Of a stretch of DNA of 64,000 nucleotides, positions 1-8,723 are shown piece after piece. The position numbers and the translations under genes were made by a program. This DNA is from a virus (lineage: Duplodnaviria > Caudoviricetes), in IMG/VR virus record IMGVR_UViG_2563367078_000003, positions 32,001 to 96,000 of that record; one strand, written 5' to 3'. Position 1 is the first letter of the stretch. Each line of letters begins with the position of its first letter. Below the pieces are notes generated by a model, which was not told the origin of the DNA, made no database searches, and saw only the letters and a program-made list of their open reading frames with translations.

Positions 1-76
1 GATCCGCCTCGATCGTCTTGCTTTTGCGGACATCGTTGAACGGGTCGGTGATATAGGTGTAGCGGTACTTCTTCAT
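1..76 (-). CDS. partial hypothetical protein (runs off window)
   Basis: ATG at 76 with GAGGA RBS; reads MKKYRYTYITDPF... Confidence 0.6.
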   Translation of the reverse strand, partial: MKKYRYTYITDPFNDVRKSKTIEAD

Positions 77-155
77 TGTTTTTCCTCTCGGTTGGTTGCT
101 TCCCCGCTCGATCTCGAATCGACGCCGCCTGTAGCGATGCGGGGAATCCGTTGTG

Positions 156-704
156 TTACTGGGTGATCCCCTGGGCCTGGAGAACCGCCAAGGCCGCCTT
201 CAGTTCGGGGGACTGTTCATTCGCCGCCGCAGCAGCCGGAGCCGCGTTGGTAGCTACCTGGTCAGCCTTGGACCGGTACTCGATGGTGACCATCTTTTTT
301 GGCTCAGCGCCCTGGCCCGGCTCGTCGTGACTCCGGGTGATGCGCTGCCACGAACCGACAGGAAGGGTCTTCTCGCCGTTGGCCCGCAGGACCTTCGCCA
401 GCTCGGACTTCCACGAAGGCTTGAAATAGACCTTGCGCCGTCCATCGTCCCCAGCCCTCTCCGGATCACGAAGGGCGGTCTGGTAGGTGACGACAAGCTG
501 CAGAACCGGCGAACCGTCCTGCCAGGTCTTCATGCGCGGCGGCTGATTCGAACCGGGACGCTGGTATTCCTTTTCCTGCACGACATCTTTCGCGACGACG
601 AAGCCTTCGACGGTGTCACCGATGTTCTTCAGTGAAGCGCTCGGGGCTCCCCCGCCGAGGAGGAAATCGTCAGCATCGGGTACCTGATTAGTCGGCTGTG
701 TCAT
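156..704 (-). CDS. single-stranded DNA-binding protein (actinophage type)
   Basis: FLLGGGAPS...GDTVEG...TWQDGSPVLQLVVT pattern; lies downstream of an exonuclease gene. Confidence 0.65.
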   Translation of the reverse strand: MTQPTNQVPDADDFLLGGGAPSASLKNIGDTVEGFVVAKDVVQEKEYQRPGSNQPPRMKTWQDGSPVLQLVVTYQTALRDPERAGDDGRRKVYFKPSWKSELAKVLRANGEKTLPVGSWQRITRSHDEPGQGAEPKKMVTIEYRSKADQVATNAAPAAAAANEQSPELKAALAVLQAQGITQ

Positions 705-747
705 TTAGTTGTTCTCCCAATGTATGAATCTGTTTCAGGTGATTCCG

Positions 748-848
748 ATTCGGCCACGCGCAAACAAGGGGAGAATTCTGTTCGCGGTGTTTTCGCATCA
801 AGTCAACCAACTAGGTGACTTGCTCCAAACCGTGGAGTGCGGCCGGTG
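748..848 (-). promoter_or_regulatory. multi-stem structured 5' leader of the SSB gene
   Basis: Stems CAAGTCA/TGACTTG (799-822), CTCCA/TGGAG (823-837) and GCGAACAG/TTGTTTGC, closed by CGGCCGC/GTGGCCG; G-U pairs favour the minus strand. Confidence 0.5.
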
Positions 849-874
849 ATGTTATTTAGATGGCGTCCCCCTCG

Positions 875-1666
875 TTATTCGTTGTTTCCAGCGCAGGCGA
901 AAGGCCCACGCCCAGCTGTGGAGAACCACGGGCACCATTGGCAGTCGTCGTCCGGCACGATCGGTATCTGCTTGAAGCCGCGCGGGTCGTGCATGACGTC
1001 CAGGTCCAGCATCTGCTGTTCGGTTTCGTCGATCCTGTCGAGGATTTCGTCTACCGCCGCGTCGCTGTATGGTTCCCGGTCGAGATGCGTTTGCCGCAGG
1101 CTGCCGGTGCGGGAGATGATGATGTTGCCGACGAATTTGACCGGGAACCCCTCATTTTTGTATCCCCGGCCGTACAATTGGCGCTGACCCTTATATCCCG
1201 CCGACGGACCGAATTTCACGATCTTGTCGTAGCTGGTCTTCCCGAGCACCTTCCAGTCGAGCACGCTGTGTGTATCCACGTCGTAGAGGTCGCAGGTGCC
1301 GGACAAACCCGGGCGCACTGTCACCTTCGTCTCCGGGATCCACCGCACCCGCCCGAGGCGATCATTCGCGGCCCGCACAGCCTCTTCCAGCCACGCGTGC
1401 ATCGCGGTACCCATGATCGACGGTAGGGGGTCGCTGAATTTGTTCAGGCCGCGTGATTCCGGCGTCTCGTCTTCCCGACGTGAGGATGCCAGCGAATACG
1501 CCAACCGCCGCTTGCAGAGATAACCGACACCCGAAGGTCCGAGTTCTCGCTGCACTGATCGCGGTCTGGACTTTTCGGCGTCGACGATCAGGTCTCGAAT
1601 ACTACCCAAGAGGTCCGCGTCCGGAATTCCATCGATCTCTTCGGCGAGGATGTCATCGAAGATCAT
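875..1666 (-). CDS. Cas4-like / PD-(D/E)XK exonuclease
   Basis: LGPS..C.RRL, GTAMH, GTCDLYD..VLDWK, Q..LY and C-terminal CxWCP motifs; ATGA overlap with the upstream gene. Confidence 0.85.
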   Translation of the reverse strand: MIFDDILAEEIDGIPDADLLGSIRDLIVDAEKSRPRSVQRELGPSGVGYLCKRRLAYSLASSRREDETPESRGLNKFSDPLPSIMGTAMHAWLEEAVRAANDRLGRVRWIPETKVTVRPGLSGTCDLYDVDTHSVLDWKVLGKTSYDKIVKFGPSAGYKGQRQLYGRGYKNEGFPVKFVGNIIISRTGSLRQTHLDREPYSDAAVDEILDRIDETEQQMLDLDVMHDPRGFKQIPIVPDDDCQWCPWFSTAGRGPFACAGNNE

Positions 1667-1884
1667 TTCGACTCCACCCTGCGCACACGCTGCTCGCCAT
1701 AGATGTCGAGGTTCTTGCGATAGAAGTCGAACTTGTCCGGTGGATTTTCGACGGTCACCGAAGGCCACTCAGGATTCAGCACGTCGATGTATAAATCCCA
1801 GTCGTCATACGAAATCCTCAGCAGCTGATCGTCGTCGAACGAAATCGCAAAGCCGTTGATTTCCACGCTTTTCAGTTGTGCCAT
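1663..1884 (-). CDS. hypothetical protein
   Basis: 73 aa ORF with RBS, coupled to the next gene. Confidence 0.7.
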   Translation of the reverse strand: MAQLKSVEINGFAISFDDDQLLRISYDDWDLYIDVLNPEWPSVTVENPPDKFDFYRKNLDIYGEQRVRRVESK

Positions 1885-1899
1885 ACAATCCCTTCGTGT

Positions 1900-2170
1900 C
1901 GCGGGGAGGAAGCATGGTCATCGGCACTTCGACGAACGAGAGAAATGAAATGAAAGATCGCTCATTCGAATCAGCTGCGCGTTGTTGCGCCGATAGTTCT
2001 CAACTTGATCGACCATGCTGTTGTTGGTCCTGAAATCCGCTGCTCACCCCGGCAATGCGTCACTCAACAGGCAGTGATGGTTTGAGTGTGATTTTGCATG
2101 AGTAGGTGCCCAGCAGCCCTGCACCATTCGGATTTTCAGCGTTACCGCGCTGCGGCGACCATTCCCCGTA
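1900..2170 (-). ncRNA. candidate ~270-nt structured ncRNA
   Basis: ORF-poor gap with nested stems (1902-1907/2163-2168, 1911-1919/2011-2019, 2033-2039/2129-2135, 2060-2067/2082-2091). Confidence 0.55.
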
Positions 2171-2178
2171 CTCAGAGC

Positions 2179-2271
2179 CTAACGGCGGTTGTCGGTTCCC
2201 GCATTCAGGTCGCAGTGCGGGCACCCCGGCTCGTCCGATCCGATCACATGACCGCACCACGAGCAGTACAT
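2179..2271 (-). CDS. 30-aa zinc-ribbon microprotein
   Basis: MYCSWCGHVIGSDEPGCPHCDLNAGTDNRR*, CxxC...CxxC; below the ORF-track length cutoff. Confidence 0.55.
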   Translation of the reverse strand: MYCSWCGHVIGSDEPGCPHCDLNAGTDNRR

Positions 2272-2273
2272 CC

Positions 2274-2525
2274 CTAGCACTGATGCCGTCGATGAAACCC
2301 AGCTTTGTCGACAAGCACCAACGCGGCAGCCGCCCCGATCTGCTCCGGCGTCATGACCTCGCCCACCTTGCCGAGCGTCAGCGCCGTGAAGATCATCGTG
2401 GCCACCCCTACCGCCAGCACGTCGTGGTCGGACAGGTCATCGGTGCGGATCGCCGTCGCCAGCGCCTCGAGCATAGGACTCTCTGAGGGCAGCGGGCCGT
2501 AGTCGTAGGTGTCGATGGTGGTCAA
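2274..2525 (-). CDS. hypothetical protein
   Basis: TTG start overlapping the upstream stop; hydrophobic segments. Confidence 0.55.
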   Translation of the reverse strand: MTTIDTYDYGPLPSESPMLEALATAIRTDDLSDHDVLAVGVATMIFTALTLGKVGEVMTPEQIGAAAALVLVDKAGFHRRHQC

Positions 2526-3061
2526 TCTTTCTGCCTCGCAGTCTTTTTCACGTGCTTCCGGTAGTCGGTGTTCGTCATCTCGACTTCCTCGCCGTCGATC
2601 TCCGCGTCCACCGTCGACAACGCGCCCCACTTGGCTTCGCCGATGCTCGAATTGGCTCGGCCGACGTGGTTCTCGAACGGCGCGTCGTCGAGCCGCTTGC
2701 CGAGGTCGAGCCCGTGCAGTTTGATGAACGGCAGCCGGGACTTGCGCGCTTCTTCCGCCTTCGCGAGGATGCCGACCGCCCAGTCATGGTCCGGGTGATG
2801 CGGCACCGCGCCCAGCGGAGAGAACACCTTGCACACCTCGCGGTACCGGTCGACGATCTCCTGCGCCAGTTGTTCGATCTCGTGCGGGACCGGCGGAATG
2901 TATTGCGGGGCTTCGTATTCCACTTCGACGGGGTTCGCGACATTCACCTTCACGACCGCGAACGTCCTGTCCGGCCGCTGAAGCCACACCGTTTGATGCA
3001 GCGGGCCCGGCGAGACGACATCACCCTCTGCGGGCAGCCCGTCGAGAGTCCTGTACTTCAC
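2522..3061 (-). CDS. hypothetical protein
   Basis: GTGA-coupled ORF in the operon. Confidence 0.7.
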   Translation of the reverse strand: MKYRTLDGLPAEGDVVSPGPLHQTVWLQRPDRTFAVVKVNVANPVEVEYEAPQYIPPVPHEIEQLAQEIVDRYREVCKVFSPLGAVPHHPDHDWAVGILAKAEEARKSRLPFIKLHGLDLGKRLDDAPFENHVGRANSSIGEAKWGALSTVDAEIDGEEVEMTNTDYRKHVKKTARQKD

Positions 3062-3279
3062 CGGATCGCCTTCGGGTTGAACTCGACTTCGCGGATCGTC
3101 CATCGCCCGTTATTGCCGGAGAGTCCGGCGTCTTGCAGCTCCCACGTCACTCGCGGACGGCCATTGCAGGTCAGTAGGTGGTCCAGGTAATGGATGGCCG
3201 CGAATACCGACTCATACGCGCCAACCGCCTCGTCCAGCCGACCGTCCACCCACCCCTCGAGGACGTACACGAACTCCAC
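3058..3279 (-). CDS. hypothetical protein
   Basis: coupled ORF reading VEFVYVLEGW... Confidence 0.55.
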   Translation of the reverse strand: MEFVYVLEGWVDGRLDEAVGAYESVFAAIHYLDHLLTCNGRPRVTWELQDAGLSGNNGRWTIREVEFNPKAIR

Positions 3280-3452
3280 TACTCGGCTCCCGCGACGAAC
3301 GCAGCGCCGGACAGCACCACGAGCCACCACCCGAACCGCAGCACGCGCCCGCCGATCGGCTCCAAGCACTCCTCCACCGCCAGACCCGCCAGCACGAGCA
3401 GCGCACCCGCGACGGCACCGACGAATCCCGCTGTGACACATGCGGTGTGCAT
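3279..3452 (-). CDS. small membrane protein
   Basis: two hydrophobic segments; coupled to neighbours. Confidence 0.55.
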   Translation of the reverse strand: MHTACVTAGFVGAVAGALLVLAGLAVEECLEPIGGRVLRFGWWLVVLSGAAFVAGAE

Positions 3453-3700
3453 CAGTCGTCCCTCCACGAATCGGGAATGCGGTCGAGATACGTCACGGTG
3501 ACAGCGAACGAGTCGGTCGTGACGTCGAGCCATACGCTCAGCAGGTCGATCGCCATGCCCGCGACGGTGTCCTTGTCGATGGCCTGGGTGTACTGCCGCT
3601 CGAAGGATCCGACGCTGACCCGGATGAGCCAGTATCCGCGCACAAAGCCGTGTTCGTCCGGGGAGCAATCCGGCGCGGCGGCTACTTCGTAGATGTTCAT
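3452..3700 (-). CDS. hypothetical protein
   Basis: MNIYEVAAAP..., RBS AAGGA. Confidence 0.6.
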   Translation of the reverse strand: MNIYEVAAAPDCSPDEHGFVRGYWLIRVSVGSFERQYTQAIDKDTVAGMAIDLLSVWLDVTTDSFAVTVTYLDRIPDSWRDD

Positions 3701-3851
3701 TCGCAGTCCTTCTCGGTGTCGCCGAGGCTGTACGGGTTGCTGGTGTATTCGCGACCTGGTGTGCCGTCCGCCCCCTGCCTGTGATTGGCGACAGCTGCGG
3801 CGTATCCCATCTCCCACGCGATGTACGGATGGGTCGGCAATTCCTGCTCAC

Positions 3852-4139
3852 TCATTCAGAGTCCTCGAATCTAGGGTCGGCCTCGATCGGCGGCCACGTA
3901 AACTGCGCAAACGTCCACGCCGGGTCTTCGGTGTCGGCGTATTCGGCGGTGAACTCGTGCCGCATCGCGATCCGGTCGATTTCTTCGAGGTTGGCGGTGC
4001 GGATGGTGTGGCGCAGTATGAGGCGTGTCCGAAGGCCCCTCGCTGCGCCGAGGAGGTGTTCGATGTACCCGCATTCCCAGCCCTGCGAGAAAGTTCCCCC
4101 GCCGCTCGGGCTCACGAGTTCGAATTCGTTCACTCGCAA
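3852..4139 (-). CDS. hypothetical protein
   Basis: ORF in the operon, RBS AAGGA. Confidence 0.6.
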   Translation of the reverse strand: MRVNEFELVSPSGGGTFSQGWECGYIEHLLGAARGLRTRLILRHTIRTANLEEIDRIAMRHEFTAEYADTEDPAWTFAQFTWPPIEADPRFEDSE

Positions 4140-4355
4140 TCCTTTTCTTCGATGTCGAAGTCGTCACCGGCTTGATCGGCGAGGAATTCGTAGAGTTCGT
4201 CCACCGGTTTCATCGTCGGCGATTCTTTTCTTCGCGTTGTTTCTCTGCTCCGGCGGCGTGAGATTCCATCTCTTTCCAGCTTTTGTAGGCGAAGGCTCTC
4301 GCCAGCATGTCCGCTTCGACAGGGCCGAGGGGAGTGCCGTCTTTATATCGCGGCA

Positions 4356-4577
4356 TCATGGTCGCAGTCCTTCAATATCGTTGGCTCTGAAATACCTCTT
4401 CTTCCAGAAACGACTCCCGGACGGGCTCAGATTGAATGCACGGACCTTTTCACGCCTCACCAAGCGATAAACAGTCGACTGTACAACGCGGAGTCGGTAC
4501 GCCGCTTCTTGGGCGTCGATATATTCAACACCTTCGTAGTGGCAAACCATGGGCCCGGCATTCAAATCGTCGAGCAT
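4356..4577 (-). CDS. excisionase/MerR-like HTH DNA-binding protein
   Basis: YIDAQEAAYRLRVVQSTVYRLVRREKV is an HTH_17-like pattern. Confidence 0.7.
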   Translation of the reverse strand: MLDDLNAGPMVCHYEGVEYIDAQEAAYRLRVVQSTVYRLVRREKVRAFNLSPSGSRFWKKRYFRANDIEGLRP

Positions 4578-4972
4578 TACGCTTTCCTGCCGCCGTCGAC
4601 GCGCTCGTAGGTCAGGACGGTCTTCTCCACGGCCTTCAGCTCGAAGAAGCTGCCGCCGTCGTAGCTGACATCGCCGTCGTAGGAGCCGTAGGTGCCGTCT
4701 TTCTGATAGAAGCGAATCGAACCGTCGAGATACGTAACCTTGAAGACCAGACCGGCCGGAGCGGTAGACCCCTGTGCGTATTCGTCGCCGTAGTAATCGT
4801 CGCGATGTGCCTTGCGGCAGTCTTCGATGGTGCTGACGACCTCGACATTGCCGAACACCGGGATATTCGCCGTCTTATGGTATGCCCAGTCGCTCCACGG
4901 CCGAGCGTGCGCCAGCTGATAGAACGCACGGTACAGATCGTAGTTGTAGTATTTGTGGTCTTCGATGTTCAT
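4577..4972 (-). CDS. paralog D of tandem KxGxYxSYxG family
   Basis: FYQKDGTYGSYDGD...FFELKAVEKTVLTYE. Confidence 0.8.
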   Translation of the reverse strand: MNIEDHKYYNYDLYRAFYQLAHARPWSDWAYHKTANIPVFGNVEVVSTIEDCRKAHRDDYYGDEYAQGSTAPAGLVFKVTYLDGSIRFYQKDGTYGSYDGDVSYDGGSFFELKAVEKTVLTYERVDGGRKA

Positions 4973-5286
4973 TACACTTCCTCGTATCGGGTGATGTTCT
5001 GCTTTACGGGCTTGACCTCGTGAAGATCCCCGTCCCAGCTCGTGCCGTCGTAGCTCGAGTAGTAGCCGCTTTTCTTGTAGTACCGGACGCGGTAATCAGA
5101 GAATTCCACTTCGAACACCAGGTGGCGGTGACTTCCCTCGTCCATTCCGCCGACAGATTCGACGAGCTTGACGTACCTGAATGGCGCAGACCGTTCTTCG
5201 CCTACGGTGTACCAGCTGCCCCACCCCGCTTCGCCGTATTCGTCCGCCAGGGATTTGATCGCCTTTTCGATGTCGTCGATATTCAT
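4972..5286 (-). CDS. paralog C of tandem KxGxYxSYxG family
   Basis: VESVGGMDEGSH...YKKSGYYSSYDGTSWDGDLHEVKPV; TAATG coupling. Confidence 0.8.
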   Translation of the reverse strand: MNIDDIEKAIKSLADEYGEAGWGSWYTVGEERSAPFRYVKLVESVGGMDEGSHRHLVFEVEFSDYRVRYYKKSGYYSSYDGTSWDGDLHEVKPVKQNITRYEEV

Positions 5287-5669
5287 TACTTCACCTTCTT
5301 GTATTTCGTCACGACTTCCTGCACCGGCTGCACTTCGAAGAAATCGCCGTACTCCCAATACGCGCCGTTGTAGCTGACCCACCGGCCGTTTTTCTTGTAC
5401 AGCTTTTCGGTGCCGTCCGGGAATGTGATGCGGAGGATGAGATGCATGTGGTCACCCTCGCCTTCACCGCCGACAGATTCGATGGTTTCGACGGAGCCCA
5501 AACCTTCGAATTCGCGAGGCTTCCCGTTCTCCAGTAGTTCAATGACGCCCGGCCAACCCCGGTAGGTGTGCACACCCCGCTCGGTTATGCCGGTCTTCCA
5601 ATGCGTGTATTCGTACGGCTCCCCGAGGGTGAAGTCTTCGAAGTAGTCTCGGATCTGATCGACGTTCAT
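5286..5669 (-). CDS. paralog B of tandem KxGxYxSYxG family
   Basis: IESVGGEGEGDH...YKKNGRWVSYNGAYWEYGDFFEVQPV. Confidence 0.8.
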   Translation of the reverse strand: MNVDQIRDYFEDFTLGEPYEYTHWKTGITERGVHTYRGWPGVIELLENGKPREFEGLGSVETIESVGGEGEGDHMHLILRITFPDGTEKLYKKNGRWVSYNGAYWEYGDFFEVQPVQEVVTKYKKVK

Positions 5670-6070
5670 TTCGCGGGCATCTTTTCGTAGAACCGGACTA
5701 CGCGATCGACCGGAAAGACTTCGAACAGATCGCCGTCCCAGTCGCCGCCATGGAACGAGGCGTAATACCCTTCCTTGCGGAAGACCTGTTCGGCACCATC
5801 CGGAGCGGTGATTCCGAATACCATCTCGGTGTATTCACCATGACCTTCGCCGCCGCCGTCGACGACCAGAGCGGTGAGCATGCCCAGGTCGGGAATCTCG
5901 AAGCTGCAGAGCTTGGTGCGGTAAGTCCCGTCCTCCCAGCCCCAATCTGTCAGCTTTTCCTCGAACGCATCCCAGTTGACGTATTCGCCATCATGGTCGT
6001 AATCCTCGTCATCCTCGGCGGCCTGCCACTTCGCGATAGCGTCTTCGACCTGCTTTGCGGTATAGGTCAT
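5666..6070 (-). CDS. paralog A of tandem KxGxYxSYxG family
   Basis: GGGEGHGEY...FRKEGYYASFHGGDWDGDLFEVFPV; ATGA coupling to the NTase-like gene. Confidence 0.8.
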   Translation of the reverse strand: MTYTAKQVEDAIAKWQAAEDDEDYDHDGEYVNWDAFEEKLTDWGWEDGTYRTKLCSFEIPDLGMLTALVVDGGGEGHGEYTEMVFGITAPDGAEQVFRKEGYYASFHGGDWDGDLFEVFPVDRVVRFYEKMPAK

Positions 6071-6846
6071 GCGGTAATCTCCAATGGAATCAATAGATGT
6101 TTCTTCGACAAATGGTGTTGCACGTAATCGATATCCGGCGTGCGGAAGGTTTTGTAGTTCTCGGCGATGAACTGCGCGGACCGGCCTTTCGTCAGTGACG
6201 TGATCGTTCGGCGCAGCGCCCACGCGTATGCACCTCGAGCCGATCCGGTGTAGTCGTCCGGGATGACGATCCGCTCCAGCGCCGTGACGTACACCTCTTC
6301 GCGGAACAGCTGGACCTGTTTTTCGAACGGCATCGCCCAGACCTTTTGCATGTCCATCTGGACCGTCTTGCCGTCTTTCAAGCAGGATTCGTAGATCGGC
6401 CGGTCGCCGTAGGCCACACTGAGGTGAAGCGAATCGTGGTCGTATTTGCGTCGCACAGCATCGGAGAAGAACTCGTCGGACTCCTGGGTCAGATCGACCT
6501 TCTTCGTGCCGTGGCGGCGCTCCCAGGCCCCGTACAACATGTCGTGCAGCGGCTGGATTATCCGGCCTCCAGAGCCCTGCAGCCACACCAGATCCGACAT
6601 GTGCTTGCCCCAGCTGCCGTTGCGCAACTCCCAATAGCTGTGGCTGAGCTTGATGGTGTACATCTCGTCGAGCGTCGCGACCCGGATCTCGCCGTCTACC
6701 AGCCAATCGGCGAACGCCGGATCCCAGAACGCATCCTCGCCGTCGCCGGGGTGGTCGGTGAACACGTCGACGTCTTTCGGCTCCCGCCGGTCGAACCCCA
6801 GCAGTCCCAGCGCGGTCGAGCCGATGATCAGTTTGTAAACCACCAC
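6067..6846 (-). CDS. Pol-beta superfamily nucleotidyltransferase-like phage protein
   Basis: N-terminal LIIGSTAL...EPKDVDVF (hGS...DxD); also YTIKLSH, KH..D and YDHD.LH motifs. Confidence 0.65.
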   Translation of the reverse strand: MVVYKLIIGSTALGLLGFDRREPKDVDVFTDHPGDGEDAFWDPAFADWLVDGEIRVATLDEMYTIKLSHSYWELRNGSWGKHMSDLVWLQGSGGRIIQPLHDMLYGAWERRHGTKKVDLTQESDEFFSDAVRRKYDHDSLHLSVAYGDRPIYESCLKDGKTVQMDMQKVWAMPFEKQVQLFREEVYVTALERIVIPDDYTGSARGAYAWALRRTITSLTKGRSAQFIAENYKTFRTPDIDYVQHHLSKKHLLIPLEITA

Positions 6847-7187
6847 GGTCCCCACGGGATATTGATGATGATCATGCCGCGCCACCTCCATCCGTTGTCG
6901 TTGAGGAAAGTCATCGCCTGCCCCTTTCCAGTTCGTACACTTGCTGTTCCAGCTTTTCGATCCGCTTCAGCAGCAATGACGAAATCTTCAGCATGTTGAT
7001 ATGGTCCTGCGCTGTCACTTCACAGCCGAAAAGGTTCATCGCTCATCCATTTCTAGGTACAGCTTCGCCCGTTCGAGCATCGCGCCTTTATCCGTTCCGA
7101 GGCGAGCATCCAGCTTGGCCCACTGCTGTTCGGGTGTCGGCCGCGATTCATCTCGGTCTTGTGTTTTCTCTGCCATGTCGATTCCTT

Positions 7188-7442
7188 CTACAACGACCGG
7201 ATTGTGACCCAGTCCGAATAAACCCGGAAGCGATTCCTGCACTGAGCACATCTGATGTCGCGGGAAACGATCACCATGTCGAAACTGGTTTTATGCAATG
7301 CTTCGCAGTCTCGACAGATCAACACATGGTTGCAGCCATGGAAGTTCCCACGAAGGTGTGCCGGTTCTCCGCACCGATGACATTCAGGAACCTTGTCGAG
7401 ATCCACATCCAGTTCGACGGGAGCCTCTACTGCTGCGGCCAT
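7188..7442 (-). CDS. Cys-rich zinc-finger protein
   Basis: CHRC, CNH, CRDC, CAQC. Confidence 0.6.
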   Translation of the reverse strand: MAAAVEAPVELDVDLDKVPECHRCGEPAHLRGNFHGCNHVLICRDCEALHKTSFDMVIVSRDIRCAQCRNRFRVYSDWVTIRSL

Positions 7443-7536
7443 CGCGACTCCACCCATTCCATCAGGTAGTAGGTTCCGTATCCGGCGGCGATTGCTAGGA
7501 AGATCAGCCCCGCAGCCGCCGCGACCCACGCTGCGA

Positions 7537-7761
7537 TCATCGTTGTTGCCTTTCGTAGATCCAGTAGTCGACGCCGTTCGGGTAATCGACGTTTGGTGCG
7601 AGCCGGGCATCAGCGATGATTTCGTTGCGAAACAGCTGCCGCGACCAGGCGAGTTCGGATTCGGCGTCCTGCTCGGCTATGCGCTCGGCTTCGAATTCAC
7701 TGGGGTACCAGCCGAGGATGCCTTCGTGATCGCCTTCGACCCTCTGCAGTTCGTAGATCAA
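7537..7761 (-). CDS. hypothetical protein
   Basis: coupled ORF. Confidence 0.6.
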   Translation of the reverse strand: MIYELQRVEGDHEGILGWYPSEFEAERIAEQDAESELAWSRQLFRNEIIADARLAPNVDYPNGVDYWIYERQQR

Positions 7762-7913
7762 GCGACCCCCGCTTCGACGTCGGCGACAAGCTTTTTAATT
7801 CCCTCCAGCGCCTGCGACGGAATCGGGTGCAGCCACGACATCGACGGATAATCCGGGCAGACGCCGACCCATTCCTGATCTTCAGCCGACCAGAATGCGT
7901 AGAACAATTTCAT
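7758..7913 (-). CDS. stand-alone HicB-like antitoxin N-terminal domain
   Basis: WSAEDQEWVGVCPDYPSMSWL....QALEGIKKLV. Confidence 0.65.
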   Translation of the reverse strand: MKLFYAFWSAEDQEWVGVCPDYPSMSWLHPIPSQALEGIKKLVADVEAGVA

Positions 7914-8401
7914 ACGATGACCTCGTAGTGCTCGATGCCGGTTTTCTTCGGCCGATATTCGATGATCTTCTCGTTGGCCCACTGCGTGAACGGATACGTC
8001 AGGTTGTCGAACGCGGACTCTTTGTGGTCGTCGCGATAATCCGCATACGTCTTTTTCCACGTCTGCCGAATCGAACCATATTGCATCCACAAGTTCTGCT
8101 CGATTGAATCCTCCACGACCTCGGTCGCAATATTCAGCAGCCGGAGTTTGAGATATGGATCGCTATCCCATTCAATCAGAACCTCCCACGCATACCCATC
8201 CGGAGGTGGCTTCAGCTTCTTCGCCAATTCCTGAGCGGGGTGGTAGGGGTGGCCGTAGGTATCGCCGTTCGGATCCTTGTCCCACACCGCCGTGGCTTTT
8301 CGCGACTTCCGTTTGTCCAGCCAGTCCTGGATTTGATAGACGCCGAACCCGGCAAGCCATCCGACGAAGATGCCGATACTGAGTGCGATTGCCCAGGTCA
8401 T
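7910..8401 (-). CDS. membrane-anchored hypothetical protein
   Basis: N-terminal transmembrane helix. Confidence 0.7.
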   Translation of the reverse strand: MTWAIALSIGIFVGWLAGFGVYQIQDWLDKRKSRKATAVWDKDPNGDTYGHPYHPAQELAKKLKPPPDGYAWEVLIEWDSDPYLKLRLLNIATEVVEDSIEQNLWMQYGSIRQTWKKTYADYRDDHKESAFDNLTYPFTQWANEKIIEYRPKKTGIEHYEVIV

Positions 8402-8410
8402 CGGCTAGTC

Positions 8411-8710
8411 TTACTGCGCGCCAGCTGCTGCCTTCGAGTCATTTTTCTTTCTCCGATTCCTCAGCACGGCTTCCGTATTGGCGGCAGTGCAGGATATGCA
8501 TCGACAGCCGAAGTTGGTGTATCCGTTGCACGTTCCGTGGATTTTCAATGTCGTGGACACCAGTCGGCCGTGGATCAGAACCCGGCTTTCCAGGTGGCGC
8601 TGTCGCCAGGTTTCCGCGTACTCGCGACCAGCTTCCACACACGGATCGCACTTGCAGCCTTTTTTGTTGTAGCCGTAATAGCTGCCGTGCTGCCATTGCT
8701 TTTTCGTCAT
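8411..8710 (-). CDS. protein with duplicated HG(S/T)xxGY...GC(K/R)CxxC motif
   Basis: two copies of the His/Cys motif. Confidence 0.75.
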   Translation of the reverse strand: MTKKQWQHGSYYGYNKKGCKCDPCVEAGREYAETWRQRHLESRVLIHGRLVSTTLKIHGTCNGYTNFGCRCISCTAANTEAVLRNRRKKNDSKAAAGAQ

Positions 8711-8723
8711 TACCTCTCCGGGA

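Noticed and set aside
875-1666. Cas4-like gene as evidence of CRISPR-Cas
   Set aside because: No repeat-spacer array or other cas genes; solo Cas4-like exonucleases are common in actinophages.
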